The notes under the pieces were generated by a model that saw nothing but the letters and a program-made list of their open reading frames with translations, did no database searches and was not told the origin of the DNA. A stretch of DNA of 64,000 nt from Eledone cirrhosa (Eukaryota): the NCBI GenBank assembly GCA_964016885.1, contig OZ024753.1, positions 6,572,001 through 6,636,000 of the forward strand, read 5' to 3'. Made by a program: the position numbers and the translations under genes. Each line of letters begins with the position of its first letter. The first letter of the stretch is position 1. Of this stretch, positions 45,270 to 61,825 are shown in pieces.

Positions 45270-45315
<46 letters not shown>

Positions 45316-45493
45316 GATAAATCTACCAAGAGTTTACGGTAGTGTCCAATCCGTATGAAGAACTCAATGTAATCCGGATATCATGGAAAGAAGAGATGCA
45401 ATGAAAAATCACTTTCGGTGAAAGATAATATTTTATATATATATATATATATTTATATATATTTATATATATATTTATATATATATTTATATA

Positions 45494-45528
<35 letters not shown>

Positions 45529-45622
45529 TTATATATATATTTATATATATATTTATATAAATATATATATATATATATTTATATATATATTTATATATAT
45601 ATTTATATATATATTTATATAA

Positions 45623-45654
<32 letters not shown>

Positions 45655-45727
45655 TTATATATATATTTATATTTATATAAATATATTTATATATATTTAT
45701 ATAAATATATATATATTTATATATATT

Positions 45728-45770
<43 letters not shown>

Positions 45771-45771
45771 T

Positions 45772-45815
<44 letters not shown>

Positions 45816-45839
45816 AATATATATATATTTATATATATT

Positions 45840-45884
<45 letters not shown>

Positions 45885-45885
45885 T

Positions 45886-45934
<49 letters not shown>

Positions 45935-46180
45935 ATATATTTATGTATATATTTATATAAATATATATATATATTTATATAAATATATATATATATATAT
46001 ATTTATATAAATATATATATATATATATTTATATATTTATATTTATATATATATTTATATAAATATATATATATATATATTTATATATTTATATTTATAT
46101 ATATATTTATATATATTTATATAAATATATATATATATATATATTTATATATTTATATTTATATATATATTATATATATT

Positions 46181-46222
<42 letters not shown>

Positions 46223-46446
46223 AATATATATTTATATAAATATATATTTATATAAATATATATATATTTATATATATTTATATAAATATTAATATATATA
46301 TATATAAATAAATATATATATATAAATATATATATGTATAAATAAATATATATATATAAATATAAATATATATATTTATATATATATATATATAAATATA
46401 TAAATATATATATATATATATTTATATAAATATATATATATATATT

Positions 46447-46484
<38 letters not shown>

Positions 46485-46539
46485 AATATATATATATATA
46501 TTTATATAAATATATATATATATATATATATTTATATAA

Positions 46540-46573
<34 letters not shown>

Positions 46574-46762
46574 ATATATTTATATAAATATATATATATA
46601 TATATATTTATATAAATATATATATATATATATTTATATAAATATATATATATATATATATTTATATAAATATATATATATATATATTTATATAAATATA
46701 TATATATATATATTTATATATTTATATATATATATATATATAAATATATATATATATAAATA

Positions 46763-46847
<85 letters not shown>

Positions 46848-46950
46848 TATATATATATAAATATAAATATATATATTTATATATATATATATATATATAT
46901 ATAAATATATATATATAAATATAAATATATATATATATAAATATAAATAA
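45130..46950. repeat. nearly pure A/T satellite (TTTATATAAA + (AT)n)
   Basis: Direct reading; interrupted at 45313-45428 by a repeat also present at 57661-57800. Confidence 0.95.
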
Positions 46951-48177
46951 ACTTACTCAGGCCGCTACTATATATATATGGAGTGGTCCAGACCATTCTC
47001 GCCAGGAGCCGTTTCTATATTAAACACCATATTTGCACCCTACCAATGTATTGCGTACATTACTTACTGTGGTTACACCCGATTGAATCCAGGACTACAC
47101 AAACACACACACATGCAGACAGACATAATAGTAGTCCGACGAGCTTTTGATTCCAGAGTCGTGAATGATCGATAAAGATCGAACTTTGAGCTGAACAATC
47201 GCCTAACGTGCGCCACAATTAAATAAACGTAATGAAACCTAATTGGTCCTTTTTATTATTTTAGTATATATATATATATATAGTGTGTGGGTTGTACGGT
47301 GAATTACTAGTGTAGGTACCAAATCAAGCACTCTATGCACTGGCTGAGCGCATATAATAGAAAAAAAACAAGTTTCGTTTATTTTTCATATGTAAACCTT
47401 TTCATATATATATATATGTCTAATTAATTCATATATGTATATATATGTCTAATTAAATGAGAGAATACAGGAATCGACGCAAATACATGAGTGCTAGTTT
47501 ATCTCACCCTGACTAGAAGAACAGTTGAACTTATCATTATATGAATTTCGAACTTAGAAAATTAAAATGAATAAGACAAGCCATTTCTATTCTGTTCTTT
47601 AAAGTCTCCCCATTTACTAACACTACGGCTAGTTTATTTCATAGTTATATAATACAGTTTTATGCTATTGCATAAAGTTTTGGAATGTTGTGAACTAAGA
47701 GAAACAACTGATAAGCTAATTTATTTTAAAGTTATAAAACAAAATATTTTACGTTTAATGAGGTGAAATTAATTTGCGCTCAATTAGAGTATGTAATGTT
47801 GATGAAGACAAATGTTTCCTTGACCAAGTAACATCAAACATTACATGACCAAATCAACGAAGCGTATATCAATTGTGACGGAAATATTTCACTGTAATGA
47901 TAATGAAATTTAATTGCTGATGGTTCAAAACGATAAAAAGTGAAAAGGTTACTATGTTGCTATTTCAGTTGACATAAAGGTGATAATAAAGCGGCGGATT
48001 GCCAGAGTCGTTAAAGCGTCCTATAGACTGGTTTGTTGTAAAGATATATATATAAACACACACACACATTGTATATATATATATATATAGTTTGTCGTAA
48101 ATATATATATATATATACACACATATATTTTGTCATATAGATATATATAATATATATATACATATAGATTGTCGTAA

Positions 48178-48221
<44 letters not shown>

Positions 48222-48344
48222 TTATATCTCTGTCTATATATATACCTTTGCGACAATCTATATGTATATATATATTTATATATATGTATATGTATATATA
48301 ATTTTGTCGTAAATATATATATATATATATATACTTTGTTGTAA

Positions 48345-48397
<53 letters not shown>

Positions 48398-48477
48398 TAC
48401 ATGTATATATATATATATACTTTGTCGTATATATATATATATATGCATACATGCACATATATATATATACATATATA

Positions 48478-48517
<40 letters not shown>

Positions 48518-48571
48518 TACATGCACATATATATATACATACATGCATATATATGTATATATATATGCATA

Positions 48572-48945
48572 CATGAGGTGCCTGCGAAAGATCCTTCGTG
48601 TGTCCTGGTGCGACCGAGTGCGAAACGAGCAGACCCTGCGGCGAGCCGAATCGTGGACGCTACAGAGAGTGGACACGGAGCGTCGGTGACGTCTGGCTGC
48701 CCGCCATATTCTGCGTCTGCCAAATGAACGGCATTCGAAAACAGCGTTGAACTGAACTCCGCTTGACGGTAAACGGAAGCGGGGCTTGCCCAAGGATCAC
48801 CTGGCGACGAACATTCCGGAAGGACCTGATGGTCAGCCAACATCACATGGCACGATCTCGAAAAGGTTGCCGTTGATCGTGACCGTTGGCGAAAGCTTGC
48901 TCTTCGACGCGCCGAACAGAGGCGGAAGAATCTAAGACAAAGATG
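48572..48945 (+). mobile_element. RTE-clade LINE 3' fragment
   Basis: [19 protein letters not shown]...[32 protein letters not shown]...AVDRDRWRKL, with stops and frameshifts. Confidence 0.92.
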
Positions 48946-49023
48946 GAGTCGGTGTCCAGAATCATTTATAGACACAATTCCACATCAAATACATTTATGG
49001 AATTCATTATTGAGATATGTAAG

Positions 49024-49416
49024 GGCGGTGGATTGGCAGTATCGGTAGAGGGTCGGGCGCCATGCTTTCCAGCATAGTTACGTCCCTTTACGATCCGAGT
49101 TCAAATCCCGCCGAGGTTGACTTTGCCTTTCATCCTTACGGGGTCGATAAAATAAAAGTACCAGTAATGCACTGGGTAGTTGCTGGCCTTGTGCCTAAAG
49201 TAGAACCAATTATTGAGATATGTAAGGCGGTGGATTGGCAGTATCGGTAGAGGGTCGGCGGTCATGCTTTGACGCATAGAATTACGGCCCTTTCCATTCT
49301 GAGTTCAAATCCCGCCGGGGTCAACTTTGCCTTTCATGCTTACAGGGTAGACAAAATAAAGTACCAGTAATGTACTGGTTAAATGCTGGCCTTGTATCAA
49401 AAGTAGAAACAATTAT
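49024..49416 (+). mobile_element. two tandem full-length SINE family 1 copies
   Basis: Each is flanked by ATTATTGAGATATGTA.GG (three copies of this sequence). Confidence 0.93.
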
Positions 49417-49665
49417 TGAGATATGTACGGAAATTATTAAATATTTTTCAGTTGATGTATGATTAAATTTAATGTTACAAAAGTAATTGCAATCAAAATT
49501 TCTTTATATGAATAAGGTTTCCATGACAAGGACTAATATAAAGCTGGAAGATAGAAAACACAGAAAGGATATTGATTACGAGAATTACGAAGCTGAATGT
49601 GAGAGAGACAAGGATGATGATGGTGTGATTACTATTAAAGTATCTATGTTCTGTGTGTGTGTGTT

Positions 49666-49720
<55 letters not shown>

Positions 49721-49767
49721 ATATATGGGAGGAAGTTATAGTTCACTTCAAGCATTGTGTAATGATG

Positions 49768-50140
49768 TATAAACGTTTGTATTTGTAAAGCCAAAACAAT
49801 GCAGGTATGGACATAGACTAAACAAATGCAAATGCAAAAGATATTGTTGACAATTAGTCTTTTACATTAAATTTATTTAAATGTCCTTAATTTTCGAGAT
49901 ATATCTCTCTTTTTCGAAGGGAAGTAAACCAGTGTTCTAAATAGTTTGCTAACAAGCTATTTAGAACACTGGTTTAACCGCTTTACTTCCCTTCGAAGAA
50001 GAGATATTATCTCGAAAATTAAGGACATTTAAATAAATCTAAGGTAAATGACTAATTGTCAACAATATCTTCTGCATTTGCATTTTTTATTCTATGTCCA
50101 TACCTGCATTGTTTTGGCTTTACAAATACAAACGTTTATA
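49768..50140. mobile_element. ~370-bp fold-back element with degenerate minimal HHR (family E)
   Basis: Arms of about 180 bp around a CTAA loop near 49950. The right arm has CCT-TCGAAGA-aGAGATattATCTc-GAAA-AT-TA-AGG, then AATAAA. Confidence 0.75.
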
Positions 50141-50564
50141 TATATATATATATATGCTTTAATTCATTTATATCTTCAACAACACTCCTTCACTTCCCCA
50201 CTCATTAACCCCCCACCCCCTCGCCCCTCAAGACACACTTAAATCTCATATATAGAATCACACATCACAACACAACCTGATCTCAGTTTGACAATCGCCA
50301 CCGACGAATGCGAGAAAGATCTCCAGGAAGTTAACCAGGAATTTTTTTTAAAATCTCCCCAACGTAGTTAAGAAAGAACTTACTAGATCTACAAAACACA
50401 CTTATAAAGTCATAAAATTAAAGCAAATTGTTTAGAACTACAAGTGAAGTCATACTTTTCTTTTATATATATATATAGGTTTTAGAGGTGCAAATTAATT
50501 GCGTCCGTAGACGGTATGCCATAATTTGCACTCGATGCAATTGGAGAGCAGAGTATCAATAATA

Positions 50565-50925
50565 ATATATAAGAGAACAAAGAATCAGTGTTGCATCATA
50601 TACATATTTGATTACCTATTACATATGTTTCACTGCCGATCAGCTCGAGGTACGAGCGATTAATGTTTGATCCTGACTCTGGAATCGGAAGCTCCTCAGA
50701 AATGTGTTCACATGTAGACTCACACCTAAGAGTGCTCGTGGGAAGCAGAGTAACAATAATAATAGGCGCGAGTCTACATGAAAACACATATCTGAGGAGC
50801 TTCCGATTCCAGAGTCAGGATCAAACATTAATCGCTCGTTCCCCGAGCTGCTCGGCAGTGAAACATATGTAATATGTAATTGAATATGTATATGATGCCA
50901 CACTGACCTTTGTTCCCTTATATAT
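50565..50925. mobile_element. fold-back element with a hammerhead in each arm (family F)
   Basis: Arms at about 50565-50721 and 50770-50925, 48-nt spacer, right end in (TA)n. Confidence 0.82.
50786..50877 (+). ncRNA. type I hammerhead ribozyme with extended stem II
   Basis: ACATAT-CTGAGGA-GCT..CCGA(insert)TCGG.AGT-GAAA-CATATG-TA^ATATGT: intact core, 6-bp stem I, palindromic stem III; predicted cut after 50871. Confidence 0.8.
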
Positions 50926-51916
50926 ATATATATATGTATATATATGTTCTTTTTTCACTTGTTCCAATCCATATTAGAATGAATTGAATGCATGGTCACG
51001 TAACATCAAAAGGAGTCGTCGGGGCGTCAAGATGATATACGACATACGTCGTTTTTAGAGAATTTTTAAACCTGGGGCAGCTCAGTCCTCTCCACGTCTA
51101 AATTAAGTAGATTTTCTTCCAGAGAAGGATAGGAAGTGAGAGGGAGAAAGTAAGAAGGGAATAATGAGGAAGAATTGACTCCAGTACTTAACTGATACTA
51201 TTTTATGGAACTCGAAAGGACGAAAAGCACAGTTGGCCTCGGCGTGATTACACACTGTAAAAAACAGATATGGTTCCTATGGACGTTAGCTAATTATAGA
51301 TTCACCATACAGCCTGATAAAACAATACAGTTGTGTATTTCGTCTTAGTTCTATTGTTTGTGTCAATTGATATTCTAAAGACTATTTCATCTGTAGGTGA
51401 ATTAACTTCATCAATTTTGAGTAGCAAAAATGTGATTTCAACATCACGTTGATAGTTGCTTTTGCTTTCTTTTATTTTCCTATTTCATGATATTTCCCCG
51501 AGTGAAAATAATGCTGAAATACCAGGAATTTCAATCAATTTCCTCCTTGTTTTTGAAATTATTTTCACAACTACAAAATGCGATTTCGTGATTGAAATTG
51601 TATATTTATGCACTCACTACCAAGCACTTTCAATTTATAAATCAAAACACACTATATTAAAATTACCTCACCATTCCACAGGTGGCAATAAATAAAGTAA
51701 ATAAAGAAACAGTGGTTATTATTATTATTTTTATCATCATCTTTGATCAAATAGTCGTCTCTCTTAACTTTTTGCTCCGCAAGTTTAGTTGGTTTTCACT
51801 TGTTTGTATAACGTTCCTTTTTAAAACGGTTGGCAAAATTGTGAATAGAGCAGAAAACATTTCCGTAAGATTAAGCGACCCCATAATGTTTGCATCGTGG
51901 CTCGAAACATTATTAT

Positions 51917-51987
<71 letters not shown>

Positions 51988-52080
51988 CATATATATACGT
52001 TATTCCGGGTTGAATCGGAGGTAACCACAGTAAGTAAGGTACTCAATACATAGCAGAGTATAACAGTTTTAATATAGATG

Positions 52081-52131
52081 AGATTCTACAGGACTAGAAC
52101 TGTTTCATTCATTAGAAATCATCAGGAATCT
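52081..52131 (-). ncRNA. type I hammerhead ribozyme (family C, uninverted copy)
   Basis: Minus strand AGATTC-CTGATGA-tTTCtaatGAAt-GAAA-CAGttctagtcCTG-TA^GAATCT: intact core, 6-bp stem I. Confidence 0.82.
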
Positions 52132-52381
52132 GGGTATCAAAAAATAAATATGGTATTTATAGGTCTCTACAAGTGGTAGGAGAGGGTGGGGAGTGGGATG
52201 GGTGCAGGTCATTGGTTGATAGAAAAGGGAATTCATTAAAAGCTAATTCTACAAAGCTATAGTCTGTATATATATGTGTATATATATGTGTATATTTATG
52301 TATAGGTCTGTGTATGTATGTGTATGTTTGTGTATGTATGGATATATATATATATATGTATATGTATGTGTGTGTATAGAG

Positions 52382-52415
<34 letters not shown>

Positions 52416-52570
52416 GTATATATATGTATATATATATATATATGTGTGTATATGTGTGTGTATAGATATTTATACATATGTATACTCGTGTTTGTATGTA
52501 TGCGTGTGAGTGTATTTATTTGTGTATATATGTGTGTGTGTGTGTATGTATGTGTATGTGTGTGTGTATC

Positions 52571-52637
<67 letters not shown>

Positions 52638-52662
52638 GTGTGTGTGTGTATGTGTGTATATA

Positions 52663-52717
<55 letters not shown>

Positions 52718-53241
52718 GTGTATATATATATATATATATGTGTGTTTGTATATGTGTATATGTATTATATATGTATGTATGTATGTATGTGTGTATGTAT
52801 GTGTGTGTACATGAATATATATTTATATATATTTATATATTTTTTTAAATATGTGTGTGTGTTTTTATGTGTGTATATGTGTTTGTGTGTGTGTTTATGG
52901 TTGCGCGTAAGTGTGTGAGTGAGTATGTGTGTTTTTTTGTTTTTCTGTTTTTTTGTTTTTTTGTTTTTTTGTGAATGTGTCTGTTGATTTTTGGCATATT
53001 GTTGATTAGTTTAAGAGAAGTTCGAAGATAATAGTAAGATATGCACTCAGTATTTTGAATCTGTCTGCAGAATTCTCTAGACCTTTGTCACTTAGTAGAA
53101 CCTTAATGACTTTAGCTTTTAAAGAATCTCCCTTTTCTTTAATTCTATCGAGCATGACTGACGCCCCACTGATTTTATAGACATCTGTTAGCTTAAGAGA
53201 AACTTATTGACAAGGAATGGTATGCCATCCGGAACCGGTTT

Positions 53242-57358
<4,117 letters not shown>

Positions 57359-57516
57359 TTAACAGAACAGGGATGTGCGGATCACACCACTGTCTCTCGG
57401 TTGTGGAGCGCTCAACGACCTCTATAAATGGTACAATACGGAGCATTATATATTTATATACAGAGGGCTGGCAGGCCAGTGTTCTTAGGATCTTACTATG
57501 TTTACTTTAGGTTTGG

Positions 57517-57574
57517 CCGTCTGAAGAGCTCAGGCTATCTATACTGATAGTCCTCAGTGAAATATGTATAACGG
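57517..57574 (+). ncRNA. type I hammerhead ribozyme (family G; island 57353-57615)
   Basis: CCGT-CTGAAGA-GCTcAGGCTATC tatact GATAGtCCTcAGT-GAAA-TATGTA-TA^ACGG, then AATAAA at 57583 and (TA)n. Confidence 0.78.
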
Positions 57575-57609
57575 AGTTTTAAAATAAACCTGTATCAACT
57601 GAATATGGC

Positions 57610-57660
<51 letters not shown>

Positions 57661-57663
<3 letters not shown>

Positions 57664-57912
57664 GATAAATCTACCAAGAGTTTACGGTAGTGTCCAATCC
57701 GTATGAAGAACTCAATGTATTCCGGATATCATGGAAAGAAGAGATGTAATGAAAATCCACTTTCGGTGAAAGATAAACGGTATACAGAGTCAAGATAAAA
57801 TATTAAACAAATAATGAACAAACAATTCCTTATATTAAACAAAAAACTGTGAACTTTTTTTGTTTAACTTTTTTTGTTTAATATAAGGAATTGTTTGTTC
57901 ATTATTTGTTTA

Positions 57913-57921
<9 letters not shown>
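57661..57921 (+). repeat. dispersed repeat with terminal fold-back
   Basis: The first ~115 bp are nearly identical to 45313-45428; 57797-57921 is a hairpin with ~50-bp arms. Confidence 0.75.
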
Positions 57922-57950
<29 letters not shown>

Positions 57951-57953
<3 letters not shown>

Positions 57954-58140
57954 CGAAGGAAATGTGGTAAGGAACCAGGTGGACCATAACGCACCAAAGT
58001 ACTCAATACTTAGGTTAGTAGAGTGGGTAATAGGAACAAGTAAGACCCCGACGGCTGAGCTCAAGCCGTTTCGACGGCTAATTCTGTACAGAATTAGCCG
58101 TCGAAACGGCTTGAGCTCAGCCGTCGGGGTCTTACTTGTT

Positions 58141-58145
<5 letters not shown>
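57951..58145 (-). mobile_element. fold-back element family A with perfect 116-bp palindrome
   Basis: 58030-58145 reads identically on both strands, centred on TGT|ACA. Confidence 0.88.
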
Positions 58146-58181
<36 letters not shown>

Positions 58182-58475
58182 CCAAATCGTGTGCTTGAGC
58201 CACTGTATAATTTTTTACATATACAATCTTTGAAGTAAATGTGTTTTGAGAAATAAATCGTTGATCGCTATCATAAACATCAAAACATAGAGACTTTATA
58301 TCATGCAAGCAAATAAAAATTCTATGAAGGATGAACGAACATTAACTACGAGAAACCCATATTTATAAGTTTCTTCACTTTTGTGGGGGACGGATGGATA
58401 CATATATACATGCATATACTACACACATACATTATATATATGCATGTATGTAGATATGTGTATGTATGTATATAC

Positions 58476-58514
<39 letters not shown>

Positions 58515-59095
58515 GGTTACATGTTTATTCGTAGTAAAAGAAATTTAGAATTGAAAAACACCAGCATATCATTGAAAATATTTAGAGAAAATAATACTAA
58601 TAAATACAAAAGTATACGGATAATAAATACAAAAGTATACGGAGATACAATTGAAAACAATGGTAAACGTTTATTTATTGATACAGTTGAACAACAAAGG
58701 TTTAATTTGCCATTACGTTTACCATATAGTTCGATTTAAGCGCTAATAAAGTAAAATAAAGAAAATATATGTGCTATTAGAAAGAACACTGAGGAGTTAA
58801 ATTATATGAATGACAGAGTAAAACACGCGAAACATTAATATTGATGTGATATCATTGTGTGCATCGATTTACAATATCTTTGAAAAGAGTCCATAAAACA
58901 GAAAATAGTTGGTTTAATTGTTTTCAGTGATTGACAGAAATCGTATAAATATATGTTCAATGAGAGAGAAAATATCGAAGCTTTCTAATACAAACTATTT
59001 TACGAAATTTTATGTAAGTTTTGTAAATGGACGCTCGGAAAGAACAGAACATTCAGAGAATTATTGAATAAATATCATGTCGATCATTTATACTA

Positions 59096-59270
59096 CAGTG
59101 AAATTCCGTTATAACGAAATTCACGGGTATAAAAAAAAAATCCTTGTAACGTAAAATTATTTATAACGAGATCGACCTAATGCATTGAGTGTGTAGACGG
59201 GGACTGAACAAAATTTTGTTATACTGAAAAATTCGTTACAATGGTATTCGTTATAACGGAATTTTACCTG
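59096..59270. mobile_element. pogo/Tigger-like MITE (longest copy)
   Basis: TA|CAGTGAAATTCCGTTATAACGAA ... TTCGTTATAACGGAATTTTACCTG|TA. Confidence 0.88.
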
Positions 59271-60429
59271 TATATACTTCTAAAGCGAACATGAATGAGA
59301 TATATATCGTATCTGGTGGATATAGAATGTTAAACGGTCATGGTTCAAGTACAAAGTCAAGCATAATCTTTCTGTAAACAATATGAACGTGTTACCGAGG
59401 ATTAAAAAAGATTTTCGTTATAATGGTATTCCTTATAACGGAATTTTACCTGTACTTTCCAAAACGGGAGAATTCTAGGTATCATGAATGACATCTTCAA
59501 GAAAATGCCTCACATTTATTCAACTCCGCTGAATATAGTTTTAGCCAGGAGGCGCTGATGTCATTAGATAGGGTCCAATATTCGTTGGGTGTTTCGACAC
59601 TTAACCATAACACCCTCTGACATCGGCAATGTTGCTCACAATTCTACCCGTCTTCAGTGCTGTGGTAGAAGCCAGGCAGTGCTACGATTGAGGGGCATAC
59701 GTAAACTAAATAAAATATCCATATAAATAGCTTATAACAAAACCTAGTTTACAATGTTTATATATGTTTGAAAAAATCTAGTAAAATTTAAAGACATGAC
59801 TTGCAAATAAAGAGAAATTTTAGCAATGAGATATTTAATAGTAAACATGAAATCGATAATATAAAGTATAAAGTCAATATAAGTGTCACTGTCTTTGCAT
59901 GGTACGCCACATCTAAACCGAATCTCACATTAATATATTTGTTTTCATTCTCTGTATACAGAAGATGTCAGCCCAATAAATTCGTTCACTTTTAAATACG
60001 ATTTTGTATATATGAATAAACTACGACTTAGACAATAATTAAATAGCAAATATCTATTGTTAGTGATTAATGCAGCGAGTTTTGCAAATGTAAAATCTAT
60101 TCTAGCCTTAATTGCCTTTCTCATGGAACAAGCTCGTTAAACCTATTAGAAATAGCAGTCATGAATTCATTGAATACTCTCTTAGAAAACGTAAGGCCAC
60201 GTTGGACAAATTATTGCTAGATGCTATGAGAAAGTTATAGTTTCGTAAAAGGAGAAAAGGCTACGAATATATAGTCTACGCTATAAATCTATAGGTCTTC
60301 CTGAATCGGGTCCAATAGTTCACCAAGTAGGTATATGGAACGTATATATCCTACCCTCAGGGCCAGCGCCACACCATTTGGCACCCTAGGACAGGTTTGA
60401 TTCTGCCACTTCTAATACTGAAGAATTCT

Positions 60430-60920
60430 TTATACTTTTGATACAAGGTCAGCAATTACCCCAGTGCATTACTGGTACTTTAATTTATCGACCCCGTAAG
60501 GATGAAAGGCAAAGTTAACCTCGGCGGGATTTGAACTCAGATCATAAATGGCCGTAACTATGCTGCAAAGCATGGGGCCCGACCCTATACCGATGCTGCT
60601 AATCCACTGCCCTCACCTCCCTAAATAATGGTTTCTTATATAGGCACAATCCCAGTAATTTTGTGGGAGGGGAAAATCGATTAAATCGACCCTCAGTTCG
60701 AGACGTGCTTTATTATATCGATCCCGAGAAGGATGAAAGTTAACCTCGTCGGGATTTGAACTCAGACCGTAAAGGACCGTAACTCTATGCTGCAAAGCAT
60801 GATGCTCGAATCTCTACCGATACTGCCAATTCACCGCCTTTAACCACCCTAAATAATTGTTTCTACTTTAGGCACAAGGCCAGCAAATACCCAGTGCATT
60901 ACTGGTACTTTATTTTATTA
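60430..60920 (-). mobile_element. three stacked SINE family 1 copies
   Basis: Copies are separated by the repeated sequence ACC.CCCTAAATAAT. Confidence 0.88.
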
Positions 60921-61776
60921 ACCACCCTAAATAATGAAAACAAAATATCTACATTTGAATTCGAATAGGAATAGAAACCTGGTTGTAAGTATTCAAATAT
61001 ATTTATATACAGGTAACGTCTAGCAAATTAATATTTTGGTATGTAGGTGAAATGATTTATACAGGCAGCATACCAAATTCACACGTTTATATTTAATATA
61101 AGACTACGGCATTATATAACATCCTTGCTATGGATTATACTAAGGCATTATTCTTATCCAAAGGACATGTATTTAAACACATCAGGGTGATTTTATTGAC
61201 ATTTCATGAATTTTTAATATCGAGGTTATGAAACAATGAGGATTGATTCTCAATAACCAATATAATGTGACCATAAAATGTAAATTCTAACAGACACCTG
61301 AGGAGATCCGAACCTTGTACATGTTATTACATGCTAATGATTGCAACTGCTGTTAAGAAAACGAATTGAATTGTCTCACACTAACATCGAAAATATGCCT
61401 CATATTTGGCTTCCCAAAAACCTGCCAATATCATACAGCATCGCACTCAAAATGCAAGGCTAAAACTTTACAGCTTCAGATCTTTATCTCAAGATCTGTA
61501 TAAAGTTTCTTTAATTATGGTATTCATTCCACAGAAAATCCATTCTCAGTTCTTTTATGCTTTTCTATATTTCATACATCGAGGCTTTACATTTCCTATC
61601 TATTGTTGTCTATTCTTTGCTATCCCATTTGAAGATAACTTCAATGATTTTCATTATTAAACTCTTTACGAATGCCTTTCACTAAGCTATTCGATTCTTT
61701 GGAATTTTATAATACAGTATAATAATGGGCCTCCTTCTCAGCTTCTTCTGTCTCCCATTTTCCCCTTTCATTATGA

Positions 61777-61825
<49 letters not shown>

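Noticed and set aside
53150-53200. DVYKISG similarity to EF-1alpha
   Set aside because: Only seven residues match; the flanking G.GTVPVGRVE motif is absent.
59580-59635. Minus-strand CCGATGT...GAAACAC hammerhead-like motif
   Set aside because: Two core substitutions, no UH site and weak stems.
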